From: Chiloscyllium plagiosum
Lineage: Eukaryota
Length of the DNA stretch: 64,000 nucleotides
Assembly (NCBI RefSeq): GCF_004010195.1
Contig: NC_057718.1
Span: forward strand, 19,219,905-19,283,904
Direction of reading: 5' to 3'
This document shows positions 25,858 to 37,857 of the stretch, one piece after another. Under the pieces are notes generated by a model. The model saw nothing but the letters and a program-made list of their open reading frames with translations, ran no database searches and was not told the origin of the DNA. Position numbers and translations under genes: made by a program. Position 1 is the stretch's first letter. Every line of letters starts with the position of its first letter.

Positions 25858-27344
25858 CCAGAAATCAGAAACAGGCAACTACCACCAACCAGTCTTATTA
25901 CAATCCCTTGTATATCTGATCGCCGGTGCAGAAATAAGTGATTAGTGGTTGACATGACTTGAGAAGAGAATGATCTTTCCTAACTCAAACTCCTTGGCTT
26001 TGCTGAAGACGTGACAAGGGGATTGTGTTAAGCTGCACATTGTGTCATAGCTGGCCTTCTAGAAAGCATTTTACAAACAACCACACCAAGGCCAGTAATT
26101 GAGTTCAAAGCTACAGGGAATTCAGTGTAAATTTTGGACTGAGCCAAGAAATTGGCTGAAGGATAGAAAACAATAGAGTATTTGTTCGACCAGTTACGTC
26201 AAATGGGACTGAGGTTCCCAGGGCTTAGCATTGTAACCAATTTCTAATTAAAAAATAGAAGAATAAAGGTTACATTTATAGAGCACTTTTCCCAACACTG
26301 GATGTCTCAAAATGTTTTACAACTAATGAAATACTTTCAAAATATAGTCACCATTGTAATTTGCACATGGCTAGCCCCCCTTTGTGTTAATGAGCAGATA
26401 TTCTGCTTTTGTAATGTGCATTGTGGAGGTAAATACTGGTCAGAACATTGGGGATAACTCTTCAGCTCCTCCACAGAATAGTGCCATGGGACCTTTTACA
26501 GGTACCAGACAGGGCACCCAATAAGATGCCACCTCCAACATGTTCCCTCAGTGCTGGAGGGTCAGCTTTGATTGTTGCGTTCCACGTCCCGGGCGGAGTT
26601 TGAACCGACAGCCTGCTGACTGAGCCTTGGATCTCACCAGATTAATGTAAATTGGTATCAATCACAGAATGACAGAGCAGTCATAGTTCAGGAGGAGGCC
26701 ATTCAGCCCTTCCCATTCATGCCAGGTTCTGATACAGCACATCAGCTCCTACCCATGTACCCATCTTTTTCCAATTTTTTTCTCTTTGGATAACTGATGA
26801 TTTCCCTTATAAACATCACAACAGAGTCTGCCACCAGCACACTCTCAGCCAGTGTATTCCAGGTCAGTTAGCTGGATTGTGGGACAGAGTAATGACAAAA
26901 GCTTGGGTTCGGATTCCAATTGCTGGCTGCATAAAAGTTTTTTTTTTCTCAAGTCGTCTGTGGTTCATCATTTATTCCTATTCAATTGGTTTCCTCTGGT
27001 TCTTGAGCCTTTCACCAATGGGAACAGTACTTCTTCTACTCTGTCCAGACCTCTCATGATTTTGAATCATGAGAGGTGTCCAGGATTGAGCACAGTATTT
27101 TGGATGAGGCTGTGCCAGTGTTTTATTAAAAAATCACCACAGCTTAATTACTGTGGCAGTCTATGCTTCATTTTATAAAGTCTTGTTTGCTACTTTCTCC
27201 ACCGGGCCTGGCACCTGCCACGCATTGTGTGTGTACACTCACAGGCCTGTCAGCACACATTCTTTATATTGCCTCTCCTCATCTTTCCAACAAAATATGT
27301 CTCATAGTTCTCTGCTTCAAATTTCATGACATATATCTGCCTTT

Positions 27345-27870
27345 TCTAGTGGTATTATTACTGGGCTTTAGATCAGAGTGATGCTGGAAAAACACAGGTC
27401 AGGCAGCATCTGAGGAGCAGGAAAATCTTTTGCCTGAAACGTCCATTTTCCTGCTCCTCAGATGCTGCCTGACCTGCTGTGCTCTTCCAGCACCACTCTG
27501 ATTTAAACTCTGGTTTCCAGCATCTGCAGTCCTCACTTTTGCCTTATTACTGGGCTGTCAATTGAGAGGAAATACATAATGCTCTGGGGACCTGGGTTCA
27601 AATCCCGCCAGAGCACATAGTTAAAATTTGAATTCACTATTTTAAAAAAATCTGGAATTAAGAGCCTAAGTGATGACCATGCAATCATTGCCAATTATTG
27701 GGAAAAATCCATCTGGTTCACTAATTCCCTTTAGTGAAGGACACTGCCATCCTTACCTGGTCTGGCCTACATGTGACTCCAGACCCACAGCAATGTGTTG
27801 ACTCTTAACTGCCCTCTGGACAAGTGGGGTTGGACAACAAATGCTGGCCTAGTCAGCAAGACCTCATGAC
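27345..27870 (+). mobile_element. SacSINE/DeuSINE-like SINE interrupted by a hairpin PLE insertion
   Basis: Head ctagtggtattattactgggct resumes after 27556, followed by the B box and the shared body. Confidence 0.75.
27368..27543. mobile_element. Hairpin (inverted) family-A PLE mini-element with a 13-bp TSD
   Basis: TSD ttattactgggct at 27355-27367 and 27544-27556. Arm caggtcaggcagcatctgaggagcaggaaaat pairs with attttcctgctcctcagatgctgcctgacctg. Confidence 0.8.
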
Positions 27871-27919
27871 ATAATTTTTTTTTAAAATTCCATTAACCTA
27901 CCTATGTCCTTTCAAAGGA

Positions 27920-28810
27920 GAAAGTGAGGCAGATGCTGGAGATCAGAGTCAAAAAGTGTGGTGCTGGAAAAGCACAGCCGGTCAGGCAGCATCCGAGGAG
28001 CAGGACAGTCAACGTTTTGGCATAAGCCCTTCATCAAGAATCAGGCTTGTGGGCCAGGGGATGGCGATAGGTAGATGCAGGTGGGAGGTGATAGTAATGG
28101 ATCACAATCAGATAGGTGGGAAGGAAGATGGACAGATAGGACAGTTCAAGAGGTCGGTGCCAAGTTGGAGGGTTGGATCTGGGATAAGATGGGGGAGAAG
28201 AGATGAGGAAAGTGCTGAAATCAACATTGATCTCCTGTGGTTGGAGAGTTCAAAGGCGGAAGCTGAGGCAATCTTCCTCCAGGTGTCGGGTGGCTAGAGT
28301 TTGGCGGTGGAGGAGGCCCAGGACTTGCACATCCTTGGTGGAGTGGGAGTGGGATTTGAAGTTTTCTGCCACGGGGCGGTGGGGTTGTATAGTGTGCGTG
28401 TCCCAGAGATGTTCTCTGAAACGTTTCGCGAGTTGGTGTTCTGTCTCCCCAACATAAAGGAGACCGTGTCAAGAGCAACGGACACAGTAGGTGATTGGAT
28501 GTGCAGGAAAATCTCTGCCGGATGTGGAAGGATCCTTTGCATCCTTGGACAGAGTTGAGGGGGGAAGGTGTGGGCATAGGTTTACACCTCTTGCAGTAGA
28601 CAGGGAAGGTGTTGGAAGTGGAGGGTAGGTTGGTGGGCAGGGGTGGACCTAACAAGGGAGTTGCGGAGGGAATGCGCTCTGTGGGATACTGATCAGGATG
28701 GGGAGGGAAATACATCTCTGGTGGTGGGGTCTGACTGTAGGTGGTGGAAATGGTGGAGGATAATGCACTGTATCTGGAGATCAGTGGGGTAGAAGGTGAG
28801 GACTGATCCT
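27920..28810 (-). mobile_element. Penelope-like (Neptune-type) element: GIY-YIG region and 3' end, decayed
   Basis: Frameshifted FHIRQRFSCTS..., G.T..QL.ERFREHL and a CxxC-like linker. Degenerate hammerhead at ~28010-28037. Confidence 0.85.
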
Positions 28811-29915
28811 CACCCTCAACAACTTGTTCTTCAAATCCTTCCACTTCCTTCAGACCAAATGGGTTGCCATTGACACCAACATGGGCCCAGAGATGCCTGT
28901 CTCTTTGTAGAATACGCGGAACAATCCATCTTCCACAGTTACACCGGCACTACCCACCACCTTTTCTTCTGTTACATTGATGACAGTATCAGCACCACCT
29001 CATGGTCCCATGAGGAGGTTGAACAGTTCATCAACTTCATAATCCTGACCTTAAGTTCAGCTGGACGATCTCAGATACCTCTCCCCTTCCTGGACCTCTC
29101 CTTCTCCATCTCCGGTGACCGACCCAACACAGACATCTTTTACAAATCTACCGACTCCCACAGCTACCTGAATAACATCTCCTCCCACCCTGCCTCTTGT
29201 AAAAACACCAGCCCTTAGTCTCAATTCCTCTGCCCCCACTGCATCTGCTCCGAGGAGGGCCAATTCTACTCTAGGACATCCCAGATGGCATCCTCCTTCA
29301 AGGAACACAATTTCTCCACCCATGTGGTCAACAATGCCCTCCAGCGTATCTCCTCCACTTCCCGCAACTCCACCCTTGAACCCCACCCCTCCAACCTCAA
29401 CAAGGATAGAATGCCCCGGTCCTCATCTTCTACCTAATCAATCTCTGGATACAGCACATTATCCTCTGCCATTTCCACCACCTACAGTCAGACCCCACTA
29501 CCAGAGAGATATTTCCCTCTCCAGCCCTAACTGCATTCCGCAGAGACCATTCTCTCAGCAACTCCCTCATTAGGTCCACACCCCCATCAACCCACCCTCC
29601 ACTCCCTGCGCCCACGCCTCCCCCTCCAAACCTTCATCCAAGGCCCCAAAGAGTCCTTCCACATTCAGCAGAGATTTTCCTGTACATCCAAACACCTCAA
29701 CCACTATGTCTGTTGTTCTCGATGTGGTCTCCTCTACGTTGGGGAGTCGGGACGCCAACTCATGGAACGTTTCAGAGAACATCTCTGGGACATATGCACC
29801 AAACAATTCCACCACCCTGTGGCCGATCACTTCAACTCCCCCTCCCATTCCACCAAGGGTACGCAAGTCCTGGGCCTCTTCCACCGCCAAAAACAAGCCA
29901 CCCAACAAGTGGACT
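28810..29915 (+). mobile_element. Penelope-like (Neptune-type) element: RT C-terminal half and GIY-YIG, decayed
   Basis: Q..GVA..T.MGP, YIDD (28973-28984), LPFLDL, YK.TDSHSYL, CSRCGLLYVGESGRQL.ERFREHL, HPVADHFN. Confidence 0.9.
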
Positions 29916-30349
29916 TGACCTGACAACAAAGGTACCATTCCACTAGCCGACAGTACAAGAACTAGGGAACTCAGCAAGAGTTGTAACAGAGTTGGAATTT
30001 GAGGAAGAACTGTGAGTGATAACAATGTGGAAACCCCAGGCTATGAGCGTGGCGGAAGTGAGGATGAATGATTTGCAAAGAATTGGACAGGCAGTTGAAC
30101 AAAATAAAATGACAGGGTCATGGGGATAGCGCTCAGGACTGATGTATTCCTGGGCAGAGAGCCAGCATGGGCCAAATGATCTCCTTCTGCACCAACTAAT
30201 TAAGCTGAAAAAGCATTTGGCTTTGGCTGGAATTAGTCACAAACCCATGAAAACGCATGCTCGTGTGTTGGAAATCTCAGTGCCCACTGGCACCAAATGC
30301 ACCCCCATATTTCTACAGGAGAGGTAAAGCAGTACACTTCCATAAGTGA

Positions 30350-30355
30350 TTTATT
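30350..30355 (-). terminator. Candidate polyadenylation signal AATAAA of the LTBP gene (alternative at 30479-30484)
   Basis: tttatt on the + strand about 960 nt downstream of the stop codon. Confidence 0.5.
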
Positions 30356-31307
30356 TATAGGTTTTACAGAGGTTTAGAATACAGCTTTAATATGCTTTTA
30401 AGATGATCATACAAGAGCTATCTGCTTGTGAATTATTTTTGCTTCAATTTACAACTTACAATACAATAATCTGGTTCTTTTATTTCTTCAGTGTAACTGT
30501 ACACATCATGTCTCTTTTGGCTGTCCTGTAGCAGCTTTGCGACCTGGCAAGTTTGAACTGTGTGGGTTGTAGTGCAGTATATAATGTGTGGAGAACATAA
30601 CCAGGAACTTCACACCTCTACGGTTGTATAAAACTTTTTTAAAAAAAAAACCTTATCGAAACAACACGCCTGCTCCACAGGGCAGACACTGAACAAGGTA
30701 AAAACTGTCACTGACCAATGTTCCAGACACAGAATAGCACGACCTTTTTTAAAAAAAAACATACAAACGGACTATAAGTTGCTATCAAAGAATTTACATT
30801 TGTCATAAAACTCTAAAGTCAAAGCAGTATAAACACATACTGCATTTTATCAAATACGTAATACAAAATATTTTCACCACTGTTATACATAGTGTAAACC
30901 ATGTGCTAATAACAAATGCTATTTTGTGTGAATGATTGTGGATGCGGTGTGCTTTCTCACTTTGCATGTCCCTTATTGAGAGGGCTTTCCTTTCCATATA
31001 AAAAGAAGAAGCACATTAGGAATCCATTTGGTCTTTCCGTTCATTGGTAGAATTGGGGTTCACCCCCCAGCTTGAGGAAACGATATGTCCATTTGGTGTC
31101 TCCTTCCTTAATGGCATCAGTGACTGACGGCAAATACTCATTGACAAGGGGGTGCTGCATAGGCAGAGTCTTTGTACGTCACTTCTGGGTGGGATCTGGT
31201 GATGGCGGGGATTAGAGGGGGGAAGAGGGAGAGGTGCGGAGCGTAGGTAGGATTTGTACAGTAGCGGGGCTGGGGAGAGGGAAGGGGGATGTGCAGCTCT
31301 TCGCAAA
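30350..31307 (-). other. Probable 3'UTR of the LTBP gene
   Basis: Repeat-free, AT-rich stretch downstream of the stop codon. Minus-strand AATAAA at 30479-30484 and 30350-30355. Confidence 0.65.
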
Positions 31308-31477
31308 TTACTCCAACTTTGACTCTTTCTGTGCCTCTGTAGTTACGCAGTAATTAGGCTGCTCCGAGGGGACGTAGCCTGGCAGACACACACACTTGTA
31401 CGATCCATCAGTGTTGATGCATTTGGCGTTCCGGCAAAGTGACATTTTATCATTGAGCTCGATACATTCATTCACGT
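31308..31477 (-). CDS. LTBP1/LTBP4: LTBP-family terminal coding exon: calcium-binding EGF domain and stop, (D)VNECIELNDKMSLCRNAKCINTDGSYKCVCLPGYVPSEQPNYCVTTEAQKESKLE*
   Basis: cbEGF consensus DVNEC...CINTDGSY.C.C, close to the LTBP1 C-terminus as I recall it. Acceptor ctctctgtgccatag, TAA at 31310-31308. Confidence 0.96.
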
Positions 31478-32639
31478 CTATGGCACAGAGAGAAGACAGA
31501 ACAAAGCACAGGGAATAAAGTAACGTTTGAACAGGCCTGGTCTTACTGCAAGATGCTAGTCAGGGGCTGAATTTTATCATGATATTCCCAGTTGAACATT
31601 TTGACAAAGGGTGCTTCCTCCATATGCTGGTGGAATGTTATCTCTGCTTCAATATCATTCTAATTAAAGGTAGTATTTCAGAGATCGAATGATGACTGGT
31701 GTGATACTGTCAGAGCTTAGACACTGCCCAAAGGAGGGATCAACATGCCGATTTCTCAGAAACTTCTTAAACAAGACAGTCCTGGGGGAGGTGGTGACGT
31801 AGTGATAATGTCACTGGGCTAGTACCACTGAACCCCAGGCCCAGGTTCAGGGGAAGTTGTTACACTGTAGCTTACCACCTGGTTCTGGATGACCAGAAAC
31901 CTCCTGCTGGAAAGGTTTACAGATTAAAAATCAACCCCTTTAGGGCTGGCACATGATGCAGACTCTTCACGTCAACCATTGTCTCCCATCACAGATGTTA
32001 TTGGTCATTACTGGTCGCTATGAAACATATGCATGAGGATCGGGATTGAGAGCCACTCAGCCTCTGACTGGTCTCCTCAATGTGAGGAGCCCATGTCTTC
32101 CAACACAGTTGGCTTAGTGAGCTGATTATGTGGAGCATATGCCTTTGGAACACAGGGTACATGACCCTGTGAAGTCATCATGCCAAGGTGGTCAAAATCC
32201 AGTCACGCTGCGAAACAATATTTACAGCTGAGTTTCTGCTCCAAAGCTCCACCCATTAAAGTAGCTGGCTCATTCTTCAATCTGCTTTTGTCTTCAGTTG
32301 TGGAACTGCCTGGAGTTGTATCATTTGGAAAGGAGGACACCCTGACCTGACCTGATTAAAGTTTTGAAGGTGATCAAGAGGATTAATAAGGTGATCTGGA
32401 CAAACTGTGCACTGGGGTAAAGGGATCAGTTAATGTCCCTTGCAATTTAGCTCGTTAGGATTATAAAAGGGAGTTATAAAAGGCACTATTACAAACAAAG
32501 AGTTGTGAATAACTGATAGTGAAAAACGATTGAAGTGCACTGTATAAATGGACTCAAAACAACTTGGTATCTTTCTGAGGGGAGAAGGATTTGAGTCTTA
32601 AGGGAGAAGGTGGCAAGGGAAATTGAGATGATTAAAAAG

Positions 32640-33045
32640 CTGTATGTAAGTTTGCTTATTGAGCTGGATAGTTCATTTTCGGATGTTTCGCCACCATACA
32701 AGGTAACATCATCAGTGACCTTCCAGTGAAGCACTGGTGTTAGTGACCCACTTTCTATTTATGTGTTTAGGTTTCTTGGGTTGGTGATGTAATTTCCTGT
32801 GGTGAATGGGGTCCAAGGTGATGTGTTTGTTGATAGAGTTCCAGTTGGAATGCCATGCTTCTAGGAATTCTTGCATGAGTCTCTGTTTGGCTTGTCCTAG
32901 GATGGATGTGCTGTCCCAGTCGAAGTGGTATCCTTCCTTATCCGTATGTAAGGATACTAGTGAGAGAGTCATGTCTTTTTGTGGCTAGTTGATGTTCATG
33001 TATCATGTATGCTAGTGGTTAGTTTTCTGCCTGTTTGTCCAATTG
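32640..33045 (-). mobile_element. Penelope-like (Poseidon-type) GIY-YIG 3' end
   Basis: H..K.G.HFDW...SIL......REFLEAWHS..NSINK motif. Hammerhead-like CUGAUGA-U-GUUACC(UUGUAU)GGUGGC-GAAACAUC at 32682-32715. Confidence 0.85.
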
Positions 33046-33049
33046 TTAC

Positions 33050-33850
33050 AGTTACAATTTATAAAATACCTTGCAAGGACTGTAACAAACACTATGTTGG
33101 ACAAACAGGCAGAAAACTAGCCACCAGGATACATGAACACCAACTAGCCACAAAAAAACATGACTGTCTCTCACTAGTATCCTCACATACAGATGAGGAA
33201 GGACACCACTTCGACTGGGACAGTACATCTATCCTAGGACAAGCCAAACAGAGACACGCACGAGAATTCCTAAAAGCATAGCATTCCAACCGGAACTCTA
33301 TCAACAAGCACATCAATTTTAGATTAGATTAGATTACTTAGTGTGGAAACAGGCCCTTCGGCCCAACAAGTCCACATCGACCTGCCGAAGCGCAACCCAC
33401 CTAGACCCTCCCCCTACATTTACCCCTTCACCTAACACTACGGGCAATTTAGCATGGCCAATTCACCTAACCTGCACATTTTTGGATTGTGGGAGGAAAC
33501 CGGAGCACCCAGAGGAAACCCACGCAGACACGGGGAGAATGTGCAAACTCCACACAGTCGCCTGAGGCAGGAATTGAACCCGGGTCCCTGGCGCTGTGAA
33601 GCAGCAATGCTAGCCATTGTGCCACTGTGCCGCCCTTGGACCCTCTGAGAAAAAGAACAGGAAATAACATCACCACAGGAACTGACATCACCAACCCAAA
33701 GAAACCTAAACAAATAAATAGAAAGCGGGTCTCTAAGACCAGTGCTTCACCGGAGGCTCACTAATGATGTGACCTAATATAGGGATGAAACATATGAAAA
33801 TGAACTTTCCAGCCCAGCCAGCAAACTTACATCAGAAACGTCAACCTGAT
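33050..33850 (+). mobile_element. Penelope-like (Poseidon-type) GIY-YIG 3' end, inverted relative to 32640-33045 and interrupted by a SINE
   Basis: IYKIPCKDCNKHYVGQTGRKLATRIHEH (GIY-YIG). The element resumes after ~33636. Confidence 0.88.
33320..33635 (-). mobile_element. HE1-like V-SINE, full length
   Basis: tRNA head, V-domain and (TCTAA)n tail at 33320-33337. Confidence 0.9.
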
Positions 33851-33979
33851 TAAAAAGCATTTGCACTTGTTGGGTCATATGACTGTCTTGCTGGCAAGCA
33901 TGGTGCTGCAACAATGTCTTGTTATGGATTAACTAAATCACAGTTCCATTTTGAACAAGCACCCTGAGGTTGATCTTAC

Positions 33980-34129
33980 CAACACACTCCAGCTTGCTGA
34001 TGTCCAGCTGGTAGCCATCATAGCAGTCACACGTGTAGCCCTCCTGCACTCTGACACAACGCCCATTCTCACAGCCATTCAGGATACCGCATTCCTCAGC
34101 CTGCAGTCCCTCGAAACTATCAAACGGAT
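33980..34129 (-). CDS. LTBP1/LTBP4: LTBP-family exon: penultimate EGF-like domain, [49 protein letters not shown]
   Basis: Hallmark [20 protein letters not shown] of the LTBP C-terminus. Acceptor ttgctccccag, donor G|gtaaga, 150 nt, phase 1-1. Confidence 0.96.
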
Positions 34130-34864
34130 CTGGGGAGCAAAGTGGACACAGCCATTAACGAGCAGCAGAACTCTGACATGCTGTAGGTTCCAGATGGGGG
34201 TTAAAGCCAAACTCTGACGACACTCTTTCACACGCCCAGTTTGTCAATCCGTGACTGGATATGCCACCTGGTGGTTAGTTCTGTGGCATGGGTAACTCTC
34301 TGCTGACTGAATGGGAGATTTGGGCTAGCATCGGACAAGATGAGGGGGTGAGGAGGTAGGTAACTGATTGGGAAGTTTGGTATGATTCCCTTGAAGAGAG
34401 AAACTCTCCATGAAACTTGACAAAATTGATTCTTTGCTGATTTCTGCTAATACCCAAAGCCCATCCATCCATCCATTCATACACACATAGGGAAACTACC
34501 TCACTGAGGCTCCTTCTGTAAAGCCAGGTTGAGCAGACCAGGTCCAGATGCCTTCAACGGCCCGAAACCAAAAGTGAGAGAGTGTTTAAATATACATCCC
34601 TGAATATAGAACAGGAAGGTGCAGGTGAAGTCAGAAGTGGAAGGGAGAGCAACGCGCAACACGAGTAAGGGAGGCCAGTGACTTGGAGCTGATTGCTCAA
34701 CCGCTGTGGGTCACATGTTCAATCCCCAATGTGTGGGGACGCGGTGAGGTCACATACGGACACACACTGAAAATAAGGACCCATCCCCCGAGCACTGACA
34801 GTGTGTCCACATTCTGACACCTCGAGAATGCACTACAGTTTTCCCAAAGAGGGGGAGCTGGAGG

Positions 34865-35310
34865 AAAGGTGAGAGACAAAGACCTGCAGATGCAGGAATC
34901 CAAGGTAGACAGGCAGGAGGCTGGAAGAACTCAGCAAGCCAGGTAACATCAGGAGCTGGAGAAGTCAACGTTTCAGGTGCAACCCTTCTTCAGGACTGTG
35001 GGGGGGGGAGGGGTGTGTGTGCAGGGGAAGCTGCAGATAACGGGGTGGCAGGGGCAGGGTGGGGAAGTGGGGATAGGTGAAGACAGGCAGAGGGTATGAG
35101 CTGATTGGTCAATGGGAGGAATGAATCCAGTTGATGGAAGAGAGGGGGAGGGGCTGAGAAGGGTGTCGGGGGATGGGAAGGGAGGCTATTTTCAATTGGA
35201 GGTCTCAATGTTGAGTCCTCCGGGATGTGGGATGCCCAGGCAGAAGATGAGGTGCTGTTCCTCCAATTTGCGGTGGGGGTTCATTGTGGCAATGGAGGAG
35301 GCCAAGGATG
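34865..35310 (-). mobile_element. Neptune-type PLE 3' end
   Basis: Decayed ILGLLHCHNE...KLEEQHLIF.LG...P.GLNIE end of the GIY-YIG domain, followed by a 3'UTR with a hammerhead. Confidence 0.8.
34967..34993 (-). ncRNA. Minimal hammerhead ribozyme motif, sense to the LTBP pre-mRNA
   Basis: AGUC-CUGAAGA-AGGGU(UGC)ACCU-GAAACGUU-GACU: 4-bp stem I, ACGU stem III, GUU cleavage triplet. Confidence 0.6.
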
Positions 35311-35749
35311 GTGAAGCAAGCATCACGTCCACCTTCAACAAACTGCCCACACGGCCCACTGAGAGCTGGGGAGGGGCAGAATGAAATTCTCAGAACAGGA
35401 AGATTGGGACACGACAGTACACAGGAGCCCAGCTGCCGGGCCGTACTCACTGTGGTTGCCTACTGTAAAGTACTGTAAACCGCCTCTCAAACTGAGGTGA
35501 GCGCATGGTAACGTAAAGTTGACATCCTTTGATTCGAGCGATTAACCAGCTGACAAGAGTGTGTTCAGACACTCACATGGGGCTCTCTGCTCTCATGCCT
35601 GACCCCAGTCTGCAAGACAGCAGCAGACTCCATCATGGCTGCCCCTGCCTTTGAAATTGCCAGACTTTGGTCAACTGGATCTAATATCTCCTGATGTGGC
35701 ATGGGGTCGTATTTTCAAACGAGATCACTAGAAGTAAATAAAATTACTG

Positions 35750-36330
35750 AAGTTACCGCATATAGATGCAGCAGGTGGTACAGAAGACAAACAGGGTGGC
35801 TTGCTGTAATTGCACAAGACCTTAGTGAGACTGAGAGTATAGTGTGCAGTTTGATCTCCTTATCTGAGGAAGGATGTTCTGGCTGTGGAGGGAGTGCAGC
35901 AAAGCTTTACCAGAATGATGCCTGTGAAGGTAGGATTGACATATGAAGAGAGTCTGGATTGGTTAGGCCTATATGGGGTTTATAAGAATGAGGGGGGCAG
36001 GGGGGTGATCTCATCAAATTTCCAACAAAACAAGAAGGGTAAAACAGGAAGGATGTTCCTGGGAGTGCAAAACCAGGAATCACAGTTTCAGGACTGAAAC
36101 GCGGAGAGGTATCTTCACCCAGAGAGCGGTGAGCCTGTGGAATTCTCTGCCACAGCAAGTATTTGAGGCCAAAACATTAAATGTCTTGAAGAAAAAGTTA
36201 GACAGAGCTCTCAAGGCTAAACGGATCAAAGGGTATGGGGTGGGAGTGGGAAGAGAGTGCAGGATGATCAGCCATGATCACATTAAATGGCAGAGCAGTC
36301 GCTGATGCTTCAGTTTTCTACATTTCAATG
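35750..36330 (+). mobile_element. CR1-type LINE 3' fragment, decayed
   Basis: EGVQQSFTRMMP....LTYEE.L..LGLY and FTQR.VSLWNSLP motifs. Confidence 0.75.
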
Positions 36331-37802
36331 TTTGTTTTATAATGTGGAACTTGGGAGTTTTATTATGATGCTGTATGAATAAAAGCTGTTGTTGTAAAGC
36401 AGCAATCCTGCTTGTATTGAACTACCACCAGTATAGTTACAACTTAGCTAACTTCTGCTTAGTCAGCAATACATTATGAGAGGGACACGTTACCCCAGGG
36501 ACAGGGACAGCTAACTTACACAGCACAGTCCTGCTCCCTCCAGCCTCTCAGAGTGGGCACATTCAACAGACCAGCCGGAGGGTCAAAGGGTACATGGCAG
36601 GTGTGGGCTCCACTGTCAGTGAGCTCCTTCAGTAATGAGCTGTACACACGGTGATAAACATGACGCCTCACCCACTGCCCTGAACATGTCCAACAGGTAA
36701 ACAACTGGGAAACAGCTCTGAGTCCCACTTTGTTTGACTTTTGAACTGTGAATGATCTGAGAGCAGGGCAGAAAGAGGGTAAACCTAATTCAGCCCTTGC
36801 AGTCTTAACAATAATGAGATTACTCCAAATACATTGCTAATTGTCACACTGGACAGGAATAGGAAGTGAAGGTTACAATAGTCCCAGAGGACTACAGGCT
36901 GCTTCCTTGTTGGGGGGGGAGGGGGGAAGAGAGAGAAGAGGGGGGAGACTGGTGCTAAGTTTGACCTGAGGGTCACCACACCTCAGGCGAGAGGCCTTCA
37001 TGCCAAGGTGGGATCACCACACCATTAGCATTACTGTGCTATGCAAACCAGCTGTCCAGCTAACTGGGGTAAACTCTGGGCAAGGAAAGGTTATCCCATA
37101 CATGTTCCTTCCCTCAGCCGGACAGGGGAGACGAGGTGATGAGGGACTGACTTTGCTGCTAGGATTAACATTCACTGAAAGTGTATAGATTTTGCACTCA
37201 ATGTGTCCCCTTCATCAACAAAACTAAATAAAGAATCACACTTGGCTTGTGAAAGTGAGCTTCAGTTCACCAGCTATGCTCACTGATAAAGCTGATAGCT
37301 TTGCGTTTTGGTGCATCATGTGGCGCCTGGTCTGAAGGCAATTTACAGCTGGCTGGCACAGCCACCAGGTGGCGATAGATGCCTGTGGATTTGATGGAAA
37401 TGTTCCTGTCTCATTGGCCTCGGAATGACATTTTGGTGACATAGTGAACAGAAACTGTGTGTACTATTTCTCAGCTGGTGCAGCCTGAACGAGTCACCAA
37501 GCATTCTGTACAACACATTTACTTGGTGCTGGGCTGACAGCTGCCTGGATTGGGAGTGTCAGGCTGAAGGAATGTTGGGCAATAAACTACCTTCACCCCC
37601 ACCAGGACCACCCACCTCTAACTCACAACAAGCCCCCAGATGTTAAGGATGACTTTGCAGGGTTGACTTTTCATCTCTGACACTGGACAATCTGCCTGGT
37701 CTTATTCTCTCTCTCTCTTCCTTCCACCCCCCCCCCCCCCCCCCCCCCCCCCCGCGGGGCAGACAATACAGTGACCCCCCTGTCCGGGCTCTACGTTCAG
37801 GG

Positions 37803-37857
37803 NNNNNNNNNNNNNNNNNNNNNNNNNNNNNNNNNNNNNNNNNNNNNNNNNNNNNNN
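37803..37857. other. Assembly gap flanked by poly-C and (CT)n
   Basis: Run of N. Confidence 0.99.
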
